NCBI RefSeq assembly: GCF_964355755.1
Contig: NC_092676.1
Coordinates: 23,206,871 to 23,270,870 of the forward strand
DNA: 64,000 nucleotides
From: Antedon mediterranea
Lineage: Eukaryota; Animalia; Echinodermata
Reading direction: 5' to 3'
Shown: piece after piece, positions 38,292 through 59,318 of the stretch
Layout: each line of letters opens with the position of its first letter
Position numbering within the stretch: the stretch's first letter is position 1
Notes under the pieces: model-generated
What the model saw: only the letters and a program-made list of their open reading frames with translations
Databases searched by the model: none
Told to the model about the DNA's origin: nothing
Translations under genes and position numbers: made by a program

Positions 38292-38597
38292 AGACTAGGC
38301 CTAGGAATAACTGAGTGCAGACTAGGCCTAGGGATATCTGTGAATTCAGACTAGGCCTAGGGATATCTGTGAATTCAGACTAGGCCTAGGGATATCTGTG
38401 AATTCAGACTAGGCCTAGGGATATCTGTGAATTCAGACTAGGCCTAGGGATATCTGTGAATTCAGACTAGGCCTAGGGATATCTGTGAATTCAGACTAGG
38501 CCTAGGGATATCTGTGAATTCAGACTAGGCCTAGGGATATCTGTGAAAGCAGACTACTGTAGGCCTAGCAATATCTGAAAATGCAGTCTAGGCCTAG
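38292..38597. repeat. 29-bp minisatellite (CTAGGCCTAGGGATATCTGTGAATTCAGA), ~7 perfect plus degenerate flanking units, HLCS 3' UTR region
   Basis: Head-to-tail units without spacers, starting ~90 bp after the HLCS stop codon. Confidence 0.9.
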
Positions 38598-40875
38598 TTC
38601 TTCCCTGAGCATTTGTCATCTGAATCCTCTTAATCACCCTTCTCTTTTATAAACGTTTTGTCGTAAATTTTTTGCAATGTCATTGTTGTTTGTATCAACT
38701 GTTGTCCGCGCAATATAAAATATTTATCATCGAGGGGAAATTGTTAGTACCACAAGTCAACCATCTTCGGAACGATATAGTATACACAAAATTAACCATC
38801 GGGTAAATGTGATAGCGGGGTCATAGATTAACTATTATAACTATTATCCTACGGGACAGTGTGATATGTACAACATTTACCATCAGGGTAAAAATTGATT
38901 ACACCACAATCATTCGATCTACGGACTGGTGCAATATACTGTATATACCATTAGTCAACCATTAGTTTTACAAACCGCATGATTACAGAATTAAGCATCA
39001 GGCATTTATTTATCGCACCACCAATGTGTTTTAATATCCAATGAAATTTGTAAATTTTAATTTTTTTCCATCTAGTCTGAGTCAGCTAAAATTCGTTGAA
39101 GTCACCACCTTTGGGAACTAAATGCACTTGACCTCTCTGGATCAACTTTTCAAATAATTAAAACAATATTTCAGTGTGACTTACATGGAAAACTTAATAT
39201 CATTCAAAAAAATTCACTTAAAAATAGTCTGATTATAAAATGACATACATGTTATCTATTTGAGTACAGACATAGTTTGTTATTGAAAAAAAAAGAACAT
39301 ATCTATTCTGACATTGTAAAGCGCAGTATTTATTTGAACTTTTGTGAACTATCTGACCGTGTTCTTTCATGGATATCTATATAAAAAATACGTTGGATGA
39401 AAGAATACAGTGTTTCCTCGCCACAGAATGTATGTATACTGTACATACTGTATATCTTTTATTATATGGGCTTTTATTCAGCATTCTTTGCTTCATCTGT
39501 TTTTTCCAGTAATTTTGTTTGTCTTATAACATATAAATAGTGTAGCTGTAGCTTAGTGGTTAATGTGCTTGCCTATTCTTCTGTTTTTCCTTTATCTAGA
39601 ATCTCAAGCCAAATTTTCAATTTACAGCAAGAAAATATTCTCAGAACATTTTGTTTTTCCTTATTCTTTTTTATTTTGCTTTTTCACTGTCAGTGTAGAG
39701 TGAGACTTTTCGCATAATACTTGCTTTACTGTCATAACATGTTTCAGCAATGTTTCTAAGTATTATTTCTTCTTAGCTGTTTCATTGGCTTGTAGAATAG
39801 TGCTGTAGAATTAAATCTCCAATGTCCACATAGTAGATGTTGATTAAAGTAAATTTTTCCCTTCGTTTTATCTTACAGATTAAAAAAAAAGTTATAATAA
39901 ACTTTTTTTCGTGGATGTTTGAACTCTTCGGTGAGTCCTTTAATACATAATGAAACGTGTTCTTGCCAGAAATATAGAAAAATATTAGCTTTTTAATGTT
40001 TTATTGTAAAGCATGCTAAAGCTTTGTCTACAAAATCACTATCAAACTATTTTGACAACAAGTTTTATGTGCCCAAATAGTGCAGTGATATGCCCAAATA
40101 TGGCAGTGATATGCCCAAATATGGCAGTGATATGACATTGTGTCCATATATGGGCACATCGCATTTTTTTGTCAAATAAAGTTAGTAGTAGACAGAGCTT
40201 TACATTTACATTACAAACACAACACCTAAATGCCTTTATATTTCATCATAATACATATTATTTATTTGTACAGTATATTTTAAATTATTCTAGTATTAAA
40301 AAACAAATTAATGTGCAATATACAAACACATTCCTATGTTTAACATTTTAACTGACTGACATACATTGACAAGTTAATGTACCTCTTTTCCTCTGAATTG
40401 GTCATTGGGAACACAATACACTCACTACAGCCATGCAATACATAATTACTATTATTATTAAGTCATATTTTGAAAATAAATAATTAAAATAGCAGCTAAA
40501 TAGGAAAAGGTATATTGTCACAGTATAGATGAATTCCTTTAAAAGTAATTTGCAATATACCTTTAATTTTATTGGGTTATCGTTTTATATTACAACCAAA
40601 TCAAGTGAGCATAGTATATTGAGTTGCAGTTAATATTTTGAGTTTTAAAATTGGTACTGCACACATATTAATCAAGAACTATCTCTAGTCTATAACTAAA
40701 TCATGGTTAATGGTAACAAAAGTCAAGTAAATTGTTGTAAAAAAAAATCTAAAATAATAAGTGTGGCAAATAGTGTGTATTCATGCAACATAATTTATGT
40801 TATTTTTTAAATCTGATCAGTCAAAAAGGTTATTTTTTGAGAATGTTTTTCAAATAATGCTTTATACTATTAAAA

Positions 40876-41105
40876 CGAGTGACTGACTGAGCGGTTAAGA
40901 TATTAGAACCGTAGCCATAGCAAGGGTTCGAGGCTCACCCGCTCCATGGTTCTGGGGGTATAACAAATCTTCTTGGATAAGGACTATAAACCGTAGGTCC
41001 AGTGTACACATCTAGCCACTATCACTCACAGCCACAGCCACATAACTGGACCCTCCGGGAGACCAGTCTTTGACTGAAGAAGTCACCCATTATAAATAAA
41101 TAAAA
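40876..41105 (+). mobile_element. tRNA-derived Deu-like SINE copy
   Basis: TGACTGAGCGGTTAAG A-box, GGTTCGAGGC B-box, TCTTCTTGGATAAGGACTATAAACCGTAGGTCCAGTGTACACATC core and a (TAAA)n tail. Confidence 0.7.
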
Positions 41106-44103
41106 ACATGCATGTTTTTGTTGTTTTTAACAACTTTTTATTTCTTTAATTTGATTTTCTTTAGTTTATATATCTTACATGTATATTGACCAGGTGTGTT
41201 TAGATTCTGGCCGGTCCTGTGGGAACGCTGAGTAATTAAGCTTGTCTTTTAGAGTATGAGGAAATCTTCAGGCCTAAGTTTATAGGCCAAATAGTTGATT
41301 GAGTTGTCAAGCTAGCTGTCCTTTTAAAACTAATTGAGGCTAAAATTAAATTAATTTTACTGTTTCCTAAAATGATATTATTTTGTGACTAGTTCATTGC
41401 TAGATTGTCCGTATATCCATCCTAAAGCTCTGTCTACACTATCAAAAACAATGTGATAGTGATATGACATCATAATGTCCATAATATGGGCATTTGTCAC
41501 ATAAAGCTTGATAGTGTAGACAGAGCTTAATGTTAAAAGCCGTCTATTGCAATTGTCAACTGGCTTACATACATGTAAAATTCATCCTTCACAATTTAAT
41601 TTTTGTAATGTTTAAATGACAATAGGTATTATCAGATCGTACAGTATATACCAAACTACTTTTTCCCACATGCGCTATTGTATGATGGGCCTGTTACAGT
41701 CAACAGACACGATACTGCATCATGTTTATTGTCGCTAGACATGATACTGTACTAGAACGTACTGCTTTGTCACTAGGTATGGTTTTTTTATAAACATTAA
41801 TATTAACATTCAATTAGAAATAAAACATAATAATAACAAGGTTTTCGTTTTACATTTTGTTTTATTTGTTATTCTATTTCTATTTCAGTTGAAAGTTAAA
41901 CAGTAACATGCAACCGTTTTATTAACGTATTAACAACAAAATATTACAAAGATAAACCGTCACATGGCCAATTAGCTGATTCGCTGTACTGCATCATAGG
42001 CAAGTTCTGTATTACAATGTCATACATGTCACATGCGACTTCTGTATTATAGCCCATTAGCCTAACCCTAACCTCAATATAATACATATGAGTCATATGT
42101 GAATTATGTGACACTTTATTACAGAATGCGCCTATGATACTGGAAAACATAATACCCATATGTGGAGATACAGTGTAGAGAATCTGGCTAAACTATAGAC
42201 CATCTTTGTAATGTTTTAAAATTCAGGCGTTCCTCCAATTAAATACCAAATAATTATTTTTTAATTTAGCGTCAGATATTCCATTTTCTGTTACAGTAGA
42301 AAGTGATCCAACATTTGAGAGGATACTGCCGTATTCAATTGGAGTGCGACCTGTAATCGCCGAAGCCACAACTTATTCGTTGAGGCCTAACACAATGACA
42401 TCTAAAACATATACAATAAATTACATAAATAACCAAGGCGCTGTCATCTTAAGAAATTACATTAATTAGGCCTATTACAGTTCTCGTAAGCACTGTTTAG
42501 TATTGGCGGTGTTTTACATTCGCACTATGCTAGATATATTACAAGAGCTGGGCTCATAAATAATAATCAATAATGATAAAATATGGCAGAATAAAGCATA
42601 AAATAAAATACAATTTTGAAAAATTTAAATAGGTAATCTTTCAAACAAAAAGCTCTTTCTACACTATTAAACTTCATGTGACAATAAAGGTTATATGCCC
42701 ATATATGGACACGATGATGTCATATCATTACCATATTTGGGTATATCACTACCATTGGTCACATCATACTTTTTGATAGTGTAGACAGAGCTTAAGACAC
42801 TTTATTTAGCGTTTATGTTCAGTGTCATTCAAAAACGTTTAGAAACTTTAGATTCTACGTCATTCGTTATAATCTATTAAATTATTATCTAATAATACTG
42901 TATTTTGAAAATGTAATTGTAAATTAAATTCTAATTATGATGATACTTGACAATTATAATCGTAACCTTTTATTAAATACAAGGTGAATATGATTTATAT
43001 CGGATAGGGTAGTACTGTACCAAACATAATGTTTGTAGTCGAAGGCATATTATATTGAAACCCAAAACTCTAACAATTGATAAACCTTTACAAGTTGTTA
43101 AAACATAAATTAACCCTAATTTTGTTGTCTTATCATTAGATTTGTTTTTTTCATTTTCAATGTTGGTATAAGTATCAGTACAGTACATGTCAAACACCCA
43201 AGAGAAAAACAAATATTAGCGTCAGGTAAAATATGAAAAGAAAAGATGAGTAACACCAAACTTTGAATAGGTCATTTCTAGTTTTAATAAAGTTATTCAC
43301 TTCCGTTAAAAAAAAAATGGGGGCAAAATGTCACTTATAAAAAGACAAAATTAACGTTTATATTTAACCAGAACCCCGTTGTCTGATAAACAATAGACAT
43401 TTTTCAGGTAAATATTTTATTTTTCGATCCAATTTTTGGTCCAAGTGACCATATTGGTAACTACTGTATTATGTGACATTAAAATGGCATATTTCAAATA
43501 ATTTTTAAAGAATTATTTTATTCAGGGGGACAATACATAAAAAAAAGCTGCATTCTCTACTAAACTTACTTAAACAATTGTCCATTTCTGACCAGAGATA
43601 ACTAATAACTAAATTAAGAAAGTAAATATAATAAATTATTTATTACATAAGTTTCACCAAGAAATTGTATCGTTAACATCAAAACACTGAGTTGTCTAAA
43701 AACTGGATTGTATATATTTCATCAATATTCGATACGAAAATAAACTTTCCAGTAATTATTGTGTGATATTGTTGTAAACACTTCAATCAAATTCGTAAGT
43801 AGATCATTTTACTTTCCCATCAACTACATTAAAATTAGCAGGGAAGAGTGACATTTACTCTTTCTTCGTTTTAGGTCCAATGAGAGGACCAATGTATTTT
43901 GTACTGTATTTATAGGCTACACCCTTTCAAACGAAATCTATATTATATGCCAACGACTTTTAGAGAGCGTGGACGTATGTAGTAACCACAATCATCTAAA
44001 TGCAAATTAAACGTTTTATAAAACGTCCAATAACATATATTAGACAATGGAGAGACTTTTCAACAAACTAAAAATTGAAACTTCAAAATAATATTTTATG
44101 TAC

Positions 44104-50253
<6,150 letters not shown>

Positions 50254-52384
50254 CTGTAAAAAAATACAAATTAATTCCATTGTTATTCATCTTTGACTAT
50301 TTTTGTACATTTACAAATTGTCATGTTCATTAATCAAGTGAAAATTTCCGTCATGCTTAAGCAATTGGAAAATAACATTTCTGATAATCCTAGAATTTAA
50401 CTATTTCCGGTCACTTATGTCTAATTTGGTGACACTTTTAAATTGAATTTTTCCATTCCGATTTACGGTTTTTAAAATGTTTTAGAACGCTTGTATGTCT
50501 TTAGTATTTCAGAACTATACTACCCCGGACCATTTATTTTAGCACTGGCATTGTCTACAACATTTGATACCAAAAAATTACTTTACAGATTGGAAAGATA
50601 TTGAAATGGTCTGTTGAAAACCTTAAAAGTACAACAACTTTATAGTATATGCTTCGTTTGCCGATGTTACGTCGTAAAGGTTGTGCTAACTAGGCCTACC
50701 AGATTGTAGTTCAATACATTAGGAAGCATTTTGAGAAATCTACAAGATTCATAATTTATTATCTTGTAGATTTTCTCCAATTGAACAGAGTTTAAAAGTA
50801 CGACAATCAACTTTGTGAGACTTAGACTTAGTCAGAATAAGTTGATATCGCAAGTTGTGCGAAGCTTATTCACACGTTCAAAGTCTTTACTCTGTTTTAT
50901 TACAGATTTTAATCGATGAATAATCATCAATTTTCATCGTTATTGAGTAATTAAGAAGACATGGTGATGAATTTAAGCAATTAAGACGATTTCATTAAGT
51001 GTCAACAATCTCATTTAAGCCCTTTCCAAGGATTTTTGTTCGGTTGTCAATCAGTTTGTTAAGTCTGGGATACGCAAAAGCTTACAGTTAAATGTATTCA
51101 GCCAATAACTATAAATAAATAATACAAGCGTACTATATGCTTTATTATAGAGTTTTTCATTAGTAACATTGTCCCTTCAGTTGATCTTTTTGAATAACTT
51201 TTTAAAGTTTCCTACTACTTTTAAGCCCGTTTTTATAGACGAACGTGTCATTTCGTGATTCCGAAATACCTTTTGTTTTATACCACCAATCCACTATATC
51301 TACGTTTTGACTTTCCCCTCTAGTTGTTTGTCTTTTTATGAGTAGCATCCTTAGATTTCTGTGCGTGCTAGGCGATTCTTGCAGTTGAAGTATACGTATG
51401 ACACGCCATATGTGTCAACATGTTTATCAATTACCAAAGCTGAATTACCGTATAACAAGACAAATGTTTTGTAGGAACTGGATTATAATGATTCATTTTC
51501 TAATTTTAAGACCAGAAATACACTTAAATAATACTTAATTTCAAGTGCCTAAGCAAGACTTGCTTATTGCATTGTAGGGCTGATGTTTGCTACGGGTAAA
51601 CATTACAACAATCGAATGCTATTTATTGCCGTAAGTTACTTCATATTCTCATATTTTTCCATCGATCACCTTTGTTTACATTGAATGCAAATGTCAGTTA
51701 TTGTATTATTAATGCTCTGTTTGCTTCTTAATAGCAATACATTGACCAGATATATTGTAGACGTCGGTAAATAATAAATGTAATATCTTTAGGACAAACA
51801 TTTCAGCCAAATATTTATTCGTTCGTTAAACACAGTTTTTCAGTAAACTTCTATAAAACTCTCTCGAACGAGATACTTACATACACAAAAATAAAATAGG
51901 TAGTAGGCTACATACAGTAACCAGCAATTAGCTAAGTTATATAATTGGCGAAAAGAAATATCTTGTTATGAAATTAGTGAATGTTTTGGGGAAAAACAAC
52001 GCCGTGAACGTATTGAGCCATTGAGCTGCAAATCGTGTTGAACCGCAAATATCCTACTTAATAGGTAGTTGCCAATAAATCCGGGACAAAAGCCTCGTTG
52101 TAAAATTTAATTTCATAAACGTAGATTTTAGCAGCAAAACGTAGGCTCCTATATTAATTTTATCCAAAGGCAGTAAATTTGAAATTTTAGTGTTTGACTA
52201 TTTGTTAAATGGTTAAAGAATTATGACTTATGTATTCCTATTACTGACAAAGGTTTACACAGTTTGTAGATAATTTTAAGTTTAGTCCCCGTTAGGACGC
52301 AATAATGTTATAAGCGTAACGCAATTTGACCAATTACTGTACAAGAGATTGATTAATCGCTTGTCATTGGTCAACTCACTTGAG

Positions 52385-52675
52385 TTGCACTTTAGTCGTT
52401 GCGTTGCGTCGCGTTGCACTTTAGTCGTTGCGTTGCGTCGCGTTGCACTTAAGTTGCGTTGCGTCGCGTTGCACTTAAGTTGCGTTGCGTCGCGTTGCAC
52501 TTTAGTCGTTGCGTTGCGTCGCGTTGCACTTTAGTCGTTGCGTTGCGTCGCGTTGCACTTTAGTCGTTGCGTTGCGAGTCGTTGCGTTGCGTCGCGTTGC
52601 ACTTTAGTCGTTGCGTTGCGCGCGTTGCACTTTAGTCGTTGCGTTGCGTCGCGTTGCACTTTAGTCGTTGCGTTA
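52385..52675. repeat. 29-bp minisatellite (TTTAGTCGTTGCGTTGCGTCGCGTTGCAC) x~10 within a family-A-related MITE remnant
   Basis: Tandem units. Upstream GCAATTTGACCAATTAC..TCGCTTGTCATTGGTCAA resembles the interior of the MITE at 13395-13573. Confidence 0.85.
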
Positions 52676-55600
52676 TAGTCGCTTACTTCAATTTATCTGT
52701 AGTTAAATTGTATAATTAAATTTTAATTAAAATCATTTAGTATATTCTAAGGCAAATATATAAAGAAATTCAATACTTTTAAAAAATAATGGTTAAAAAA
52801 ATACACACTTTTACATTCAATAATATGAGATTTTTTACCAAAAGAGAAACAATGGAAATCAAGCCAGAATAACGGTGTGTAAAGCAAGCAATTTGACCAA
52901 TTAAAGCGACGGATAAGGACCATAATTGCTGATGATTTGAAAGCTTACATTGACGTTAATAGGTCAGGTTTCAACCCTACTGACCATTGTCCTTAGTTAA
53001 TGTAAAGGCTGTAACTACGGCCGTCGGTCAGAGTCAGACATATCGCTTGCCTGGATTCGTTTACTCACTGATATTGAAACAGCCTAGGACAATATTCACT
53101 CTTTTATGGTTCTTTTTCATGTTTACCTATAGATCCACTAATACAGCGAGTGAAATTTCATTATTAAAGGCCAATGTTGGTTTATGAAAGAGACAATCAA
53201 GGGAGAAACGATAACAAGTATTGTGGGCTTGGGCTTAGCTTCGATCGTTGATACTCTACAAATACACCAAATGTCCAGAAAATCAATTGAGAAAGGCAAA
53301 TAGTATTGAGACTGCTAACATCGACACAAAGAAACAGCATTATGGCAGCATGTTGGCCTAGAAATTTCCATAGATTAGACAAATATTCTAGGCTTAAAAT
53401 TAGACAACCTGTCTCAGAAATTGTTAATAGCTGACGGTTATATAACTGTCTTCGTTTCTATTTAAGGATAGTTTAATAATATGTTTAATTTCCCCTAAAG
53501 CAGTTAGTATTTGTATTATTATTACATAATTATCATCAAGTGATTTTCATTCAAATTTCAATATAATATATTGCACAACATATTATGTTGTTGCTGGAAC
53601 AATCATCTTTCCTGAACTACTATACAAAAATTAAATGTCAAAAAAATTATTTAAAATCAAAAAGATCACCTACAATTCGTCAAAAGAATCAAAATCTATT
53701 CCATTACCAAGTGATCGGATTTGCTTTAATAGATAACATATTTTGTTGTAAATTATTTGGATAAATTATATATGCCGCCTAGAATAAAAGGAAAGTATGT
53801 AAATATTATTGCTCCAATTTAGAATTTAATGCGATGAATATTTAGATATTATTAAATAAAGGAAAGAAATAAAATAATTGTTACGTAAAGAAAAAAGAAC
53901 GAAATAAGGAATTTCGCATGGTATATGAAGATTACCAGCATTTGCATTCTTGCGCAATTAGCTCAATAGTCGCCTTTTATAAAACACAGCAATACTTTAA
54001 TTCATTGCCTAAAATAACAATGTAGTTAAAAAGATAAAATAAAGCTAATTCATATAACTAATATGTATGAGATCCGATGGATGTATTTCGTGTCTTTGCG
54101 TCGACGAAGCAAATTATCTTATCGGGGTCATTATCCTATAGAAGGTCCTTAGGTATCAACCGATTGCTGACCCCCCTCTCCGTCAGGTGAAAGTGCATCC
54201 GAGTGCATATAATATCATCTACCTTTTATAAAAATGACAATGCTTAATATCATATCTTTAGTTTCGATCTAAACATATATACATTAGTATATAATTCAAT
54301 ATTACTTTCTTGTAATTTTGAGAAGTAAAGAATGGTTTAGATAAAAAGAAATGCTTGTGGAAAAAATCGTAGACTACAACACTAGAACTTTAGAACACAA
54401 AACTAGACTATATCTTAAAATTCTGAATAATTGCCTGAACATTGGTTTAATTTCCTAAGACTTAAATTTAGAAGTAAAGAATGGTTTAGATAAAAAGAAA
54501 TAATTTGTGAAGTACAATACTGTAGTACTTTAGGACACAGAACGACACTAGATATTACAATTCTTATTACAATACATTTATTTTTATTTTAAAAACTCTA
54601 ATAAATGTATGGAATAATTATTCCAAATTGTTGTCCCTTAATGTTTTGTATTGTTGTTGTATTCCTCTGTAACAAATTAGACCTTTTAAACTACATTATT
54701 AAAATAATATAGTTTTTTCATATTCGCAAAACAAGATCGAATCTTCTATTTAAACTTTTACTTTCTGTAGATATATAAGTATGTCATTTCTTGTTTTTTC
54801 GATAGCAAGTAACGTCTTTTGACATGCTAAAATTAGTAAGAATATATTTTTTCTCGGTTTTAAATTTCAACACACTGTCGGCGGGACAAGATCTCCGCAT
54901 GAATAACCACCTAACAAGTGGTCTATAAGAATGAAAGCATGACAAAATAACCAATTCTTAATTTATCTTAGATTCAAAGATCGATAATTCTCTTTGTGTT
55001 ACAATTAGACGGATTCAAAATGGTTAATATCACAATTGGAACGAGGACTCTTTTGTATTCATGAGATAACATGGGTCTAAATTTCGAAAAGTAGGAGACG
55101 AATTTGAACTATACATCTTTCTCTTGTTTGTATATGGTACCATTTGCTTCTGTGCATTAAACATTGTTTTTGAACTCGTCCTACATAGTTTTATAACAGG
55201 CCTAAGGATTTTTAGGACTAAATAAAGTAGGATGAATAGGGCTTGGATTTCTACATATTGACCGGACCAAAGATCTCCACTCGCAGACAGTTGAATATCA
55301 TGAGATTGTGTAACCTTAAACTAGATTTGCCAAGGGGGGCGAGTTAGAGAGGAATCTCAGACGGACTCCTTTTTTCAGGGTTGTCTCGTGCGGAATCCTT
55401 GGCCGGTGTTATCAAGACATTGAACTGAGCTGGTTCACACTCAAGTTTACACCTACCAGGGTGAAATCATTAAGTACAAAGCAAAGAAACAAAACAAAAC
55501 AAAGCAAAGTATAGTACCACCACGAGAATGAACAAGTTGGTATACATTTGCCGTAAAATAACAAAAATAACAAAATTCCTACAGATGGCAGCAGACATTA

Positions 55601-57189
55601 TGATATTTATTATAATTTCTGGTAATATAACATTAAAAAAAAATACTTTCCTATATCAGTTTGTTCTGTAATATTTCGCAATAAATTTGAAGAAAACAAT
55701 TACAAATGTTTAGTACCTTAATAATAATACAAACATTTTACATTATGTGAACAGATTTTCAACGGGTAAACTACAAAATAATACCAAATTAGCTTGAATA
55801 GTTTGTTTATCCGGCATTTTGCAAGTAATTATTCAAACTGGACACCGACATTTAATTATAATTCCAGATAAAAGCATAAATTTATATTGCGTTGAATTGT
55901 GTCGTGGCGTAATTCAACTGACTATTTCTACTCCTTGGTAATTTAGGACTATGTAAGAACTGCGTAAACATGCGTATTCTGGGCAGTTACTTGCACGATC
56001 AACGAAAAACGACCACTTAAGAGATTTCCACCGAAGAGTCTTCCTTTGCGATTTGTCACGATCTACGGACTTAATTCCATCGAAAATACGGGAGCAGGTA
56101 TTGCGTTCTCGTTTAATGGTTCGTACAACATATTCCGACAATTTTCTATCTTGTGAAATTCATTAATTTAGCTTATAGAAATCGTGTAATTCGGTGGAAA
56201 GAGACAAATAAGTAGGCTACGGTGATAAATAATGCAAGGATTGACGAATGTTTTTGAATAATAAAAACATATCTGAACGAATTAATTAATTTTTTTTAAA
56301 GTTCACTGATTAGTCAACCGATGTAAAGTTTCTAGAACATTACAAATGATATAATACACTGTCAATTTGATTTAATAATTAAATTTTAACTTATATTGGC
56401 GTATATACATAGTTAGAGAAAATATTGCCATTTTAAGATAGATCTGTGGTTTTAGTACACATAGATAGATACTTTTGAATAAAGTCACAATTGAGATCAA
56501 TCGATATCAATAAACCAATCTTGGACACCTTGAACACATCTCGAAAACTCTCATTTACCAAAAATAATTTAAATTTAAAAAACAAATTGATATCTCTCTA
56601 AACGCGCTTATAGAAGTCTGAATATAATACTATGACGCTATATTTCAATCTTCAACCGTATATTATTATTTTTACAATATCACTATACACTTGCAACATC
56701 ATTGCACTCATTACCGTAATTATAGTATATTGTTTTGACAACTGAAATAATTAAATGGTATAACATCTTGTCTAATTGTGGTTGAAATAAATTAGAAATC
56801 AATCGTGCTTGGTAGCTTATTAAACCCGTCATTGACATATTTAGAACTTCCCTCTTCATTTCGTTTTTTTTAAACAACCAACAAGTTTACGTAAGTTTCC
56901 ACTCCTATTCGTTTACAAGCGTTGAACGTGCCCGAATGACCAATAACGTGTTTATCGCTAAAACAGTATCATTTAATTCAATTGAAGTATTTTACAGAGA
57001 AATATGAAGTTTGGTTACAAAGTCATGCACGGCTCGTTTCAATGGCTACATCGGGATCCTAACAAATGCTTTACAACGTTTTTGTCCAAATATTTCTTAA
57101 TGAATATAAACCAATTCTGTGGAAAATAGTTCGTGAAGTAATTGCGTAAAATAATACAGGACAAGTGGTTGTAAATCAGAACTTTACAT

Positions 57190-57500
57190 GAATTAACCCA
57201 ATTCTGAATCACTTATCGTGAGAATTATGTGACTAAGATTTCTCTTGCCTTGCCGGTAAAGTATTATTTGTAATATTTAAATAGCTATACATTTGTAACA
57301 AATCGAAGGTTTTTATAAATAGTTGCCCTCTTTTAAAATTTACTATTGAGTTAACCCAATTCTGAATCACTTCAGATTCAAAATTTCATTCTTTTGCCTT
57401 GCCGATAAACTATTATTTCTAATAATTAAATATCTATACATTTGTAACAAATCGAAGGTTTTTATAAATATGTTGTTCTCTTTTAAAATTTAATATTGTT
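57190..57500. repeat. Diverged tandem duplication, ~160-bp unit x2
   Basis: TTAACCCAATTCTGAATCACTT...TTGTAACAAATCGAAGGTTTTTATAAAT...TCTTTTAAAATTTA occurs twice. Confidence 0.8.
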
Positions 57501-58705
57501 GTGTGGGTCATCCAAATTCCCATTTTCTTAACAATTTTTCTACTGGATCATGTTTTATTTGTTACTTTTGTGATTGATAACATGTTGTGGTTATATCCGA
57601 AGTTATTTTTAAAATTTTCTTTATTATTTGCACTTTATCACTGTTCAAACTTCAATTTGATTGATCATTAGTAGTTTCCTCAATTTTTATTTAGTTAAGA
57701 AGTTATAAGCATCAGAACGAATTTTGGTTTGCTTGTATTTGTCTCTCGTCGAAGCCCCTACTTTTATGTGTTACACTTTTATCTCACTAAAAGGATCGAA
57801 TAAAGTGGAAAATGTCCCCATTGACAGTTCTTATCCGGCCTTGGAGGTTATTTTAAAATAAGTAGGCCCTAATGGTCATTCTGCAGTTACGGTCAAATAA
57901 CCATAGTTTGGTTTTATCCTAGCATGGTGTCATTTGCTTCTCCTAGTGTCTGTTCAATTCAATTTATTTGTAGGAATAGAAAGCACAAATGTAGCTGCAA
58001 GTCTGTCTCCCGCAGTTGGTCATTACTCCATGTAATGTTCAGGTGACAAGCAGAAGATGATCTCAGTTGGAATTTCTGGCCTCAACGTGAACAATTTTAC
58101 ACAGGTGCAAGCATGAGTTACAAACGCATGGACTTTCAATGTAAAACGAAGCATCTTCGTTACGCAAATCTGTCTGGCCTACGGCTTTTTAATGTTGATG
58201 TTGAAATAATTCAATTCATGTGGAAAAAATTGTCTGTATAGTAGTAAACAACAGAGAATAACATCCAATATCCATAATTAGAAATCCTTTAAGCTCTGTC
58301 TACACTATCAAACTAGTTTGATAAAAAAAGTGTGATGTGCCCAAATATGGTAGTAATATGCCCAAATATGGTAGTGATATGACATCATCATGTCCATATA
58401 TGGGCACATCACATTTTTTGTCACATATACTTTGATAGTGTAGACTGAGATTAAGGTGCTATTGGTAATGTATCGTAATTATACAATTATATTTCATAAA
58501 TATAAATATGCTCTTCATAGGAATATAATTTTAAAGTTTTATTGATTTTTTCAGTTATAATATACTTAACAGCTGAAATATCCAATACGAAACACCAACT
58601 GAGATACCTAAATTGAATTCCCACTCCATACCTATGTTTACTCGTACGCATATCATCTCGCTGATTAATATATCAATGATGCCGATTGCTACAAGAACAT
58701 TGGAA

Positions 58706-59318
58706 AATATGTTTATGATGATTTTTTCAAAAGATTATTTTAAAATAAAAATATGTAATGTAAGTGAAAATATATGTAAATTCAAAAAAAAAATGTATGT
58801 TAACGAATACAAAATATGTATGTTAATGGATAACTAGGGAAAAAAAATGTAATAGGAGAAGAATACAAGCAAAGATTATATACTGTAGATACTACAGAAA
58901 GTTTTTAAAAATAAGACATGTTGATAAATTATCTTATGAGTTAACATAAACATTTTTTTTTTTAATTCAAGCAGAAAATATATGTATGATGATACAAACA
59001 TAATTTTTTTAAATCAAATTATGTTTATGCTATAAATTATATGTAAATGGAATAACATTAGTAGAAATGTATGTTGAACACAAAGTATGTATTTAGTTGA
59101 AAAAATTAATTATGTATTTAGTTGGAAAATAAATTATGGATTAAAAAAAAGAAAGATGGTAAATACTCTAAACATAATATGTTTAACTGTAAATAAACAA
59201 AAACAAGTTAAGTGTTAAAAGATAATAATGAAAAAGATGAACTCAAAAGAACTGTACTGTAAAATTATTATATTATGTATTTATGGAATAAAAGTGGGAT
59301 GAACACACGTAAGACAAA
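58706..59318 (+). mobile_element. Short 5'-truncated L1/Tx1-like insertion (3' UTR only) in the SIM intron
   Basis: 13-bp TSD AAGAACATTGGAA (58693-58705 and 59319-59331). Its 3' end GGAATAAAAGTGGGATGAACACACGTAAGAC-A(n) matches that of the element at 8011-9755. Confidence 0.8.

Noticed and set aside
38292-38597. Possible CRISPR array (29-bp palindromic repeats)
   Set aside because: Units are contiguous with no unique spacers, there are no cas genes, and the context is eukaryotic.
52282-52534. ORFs over the GTTGCG array
   Set aside because: Minisatellite artefacts.
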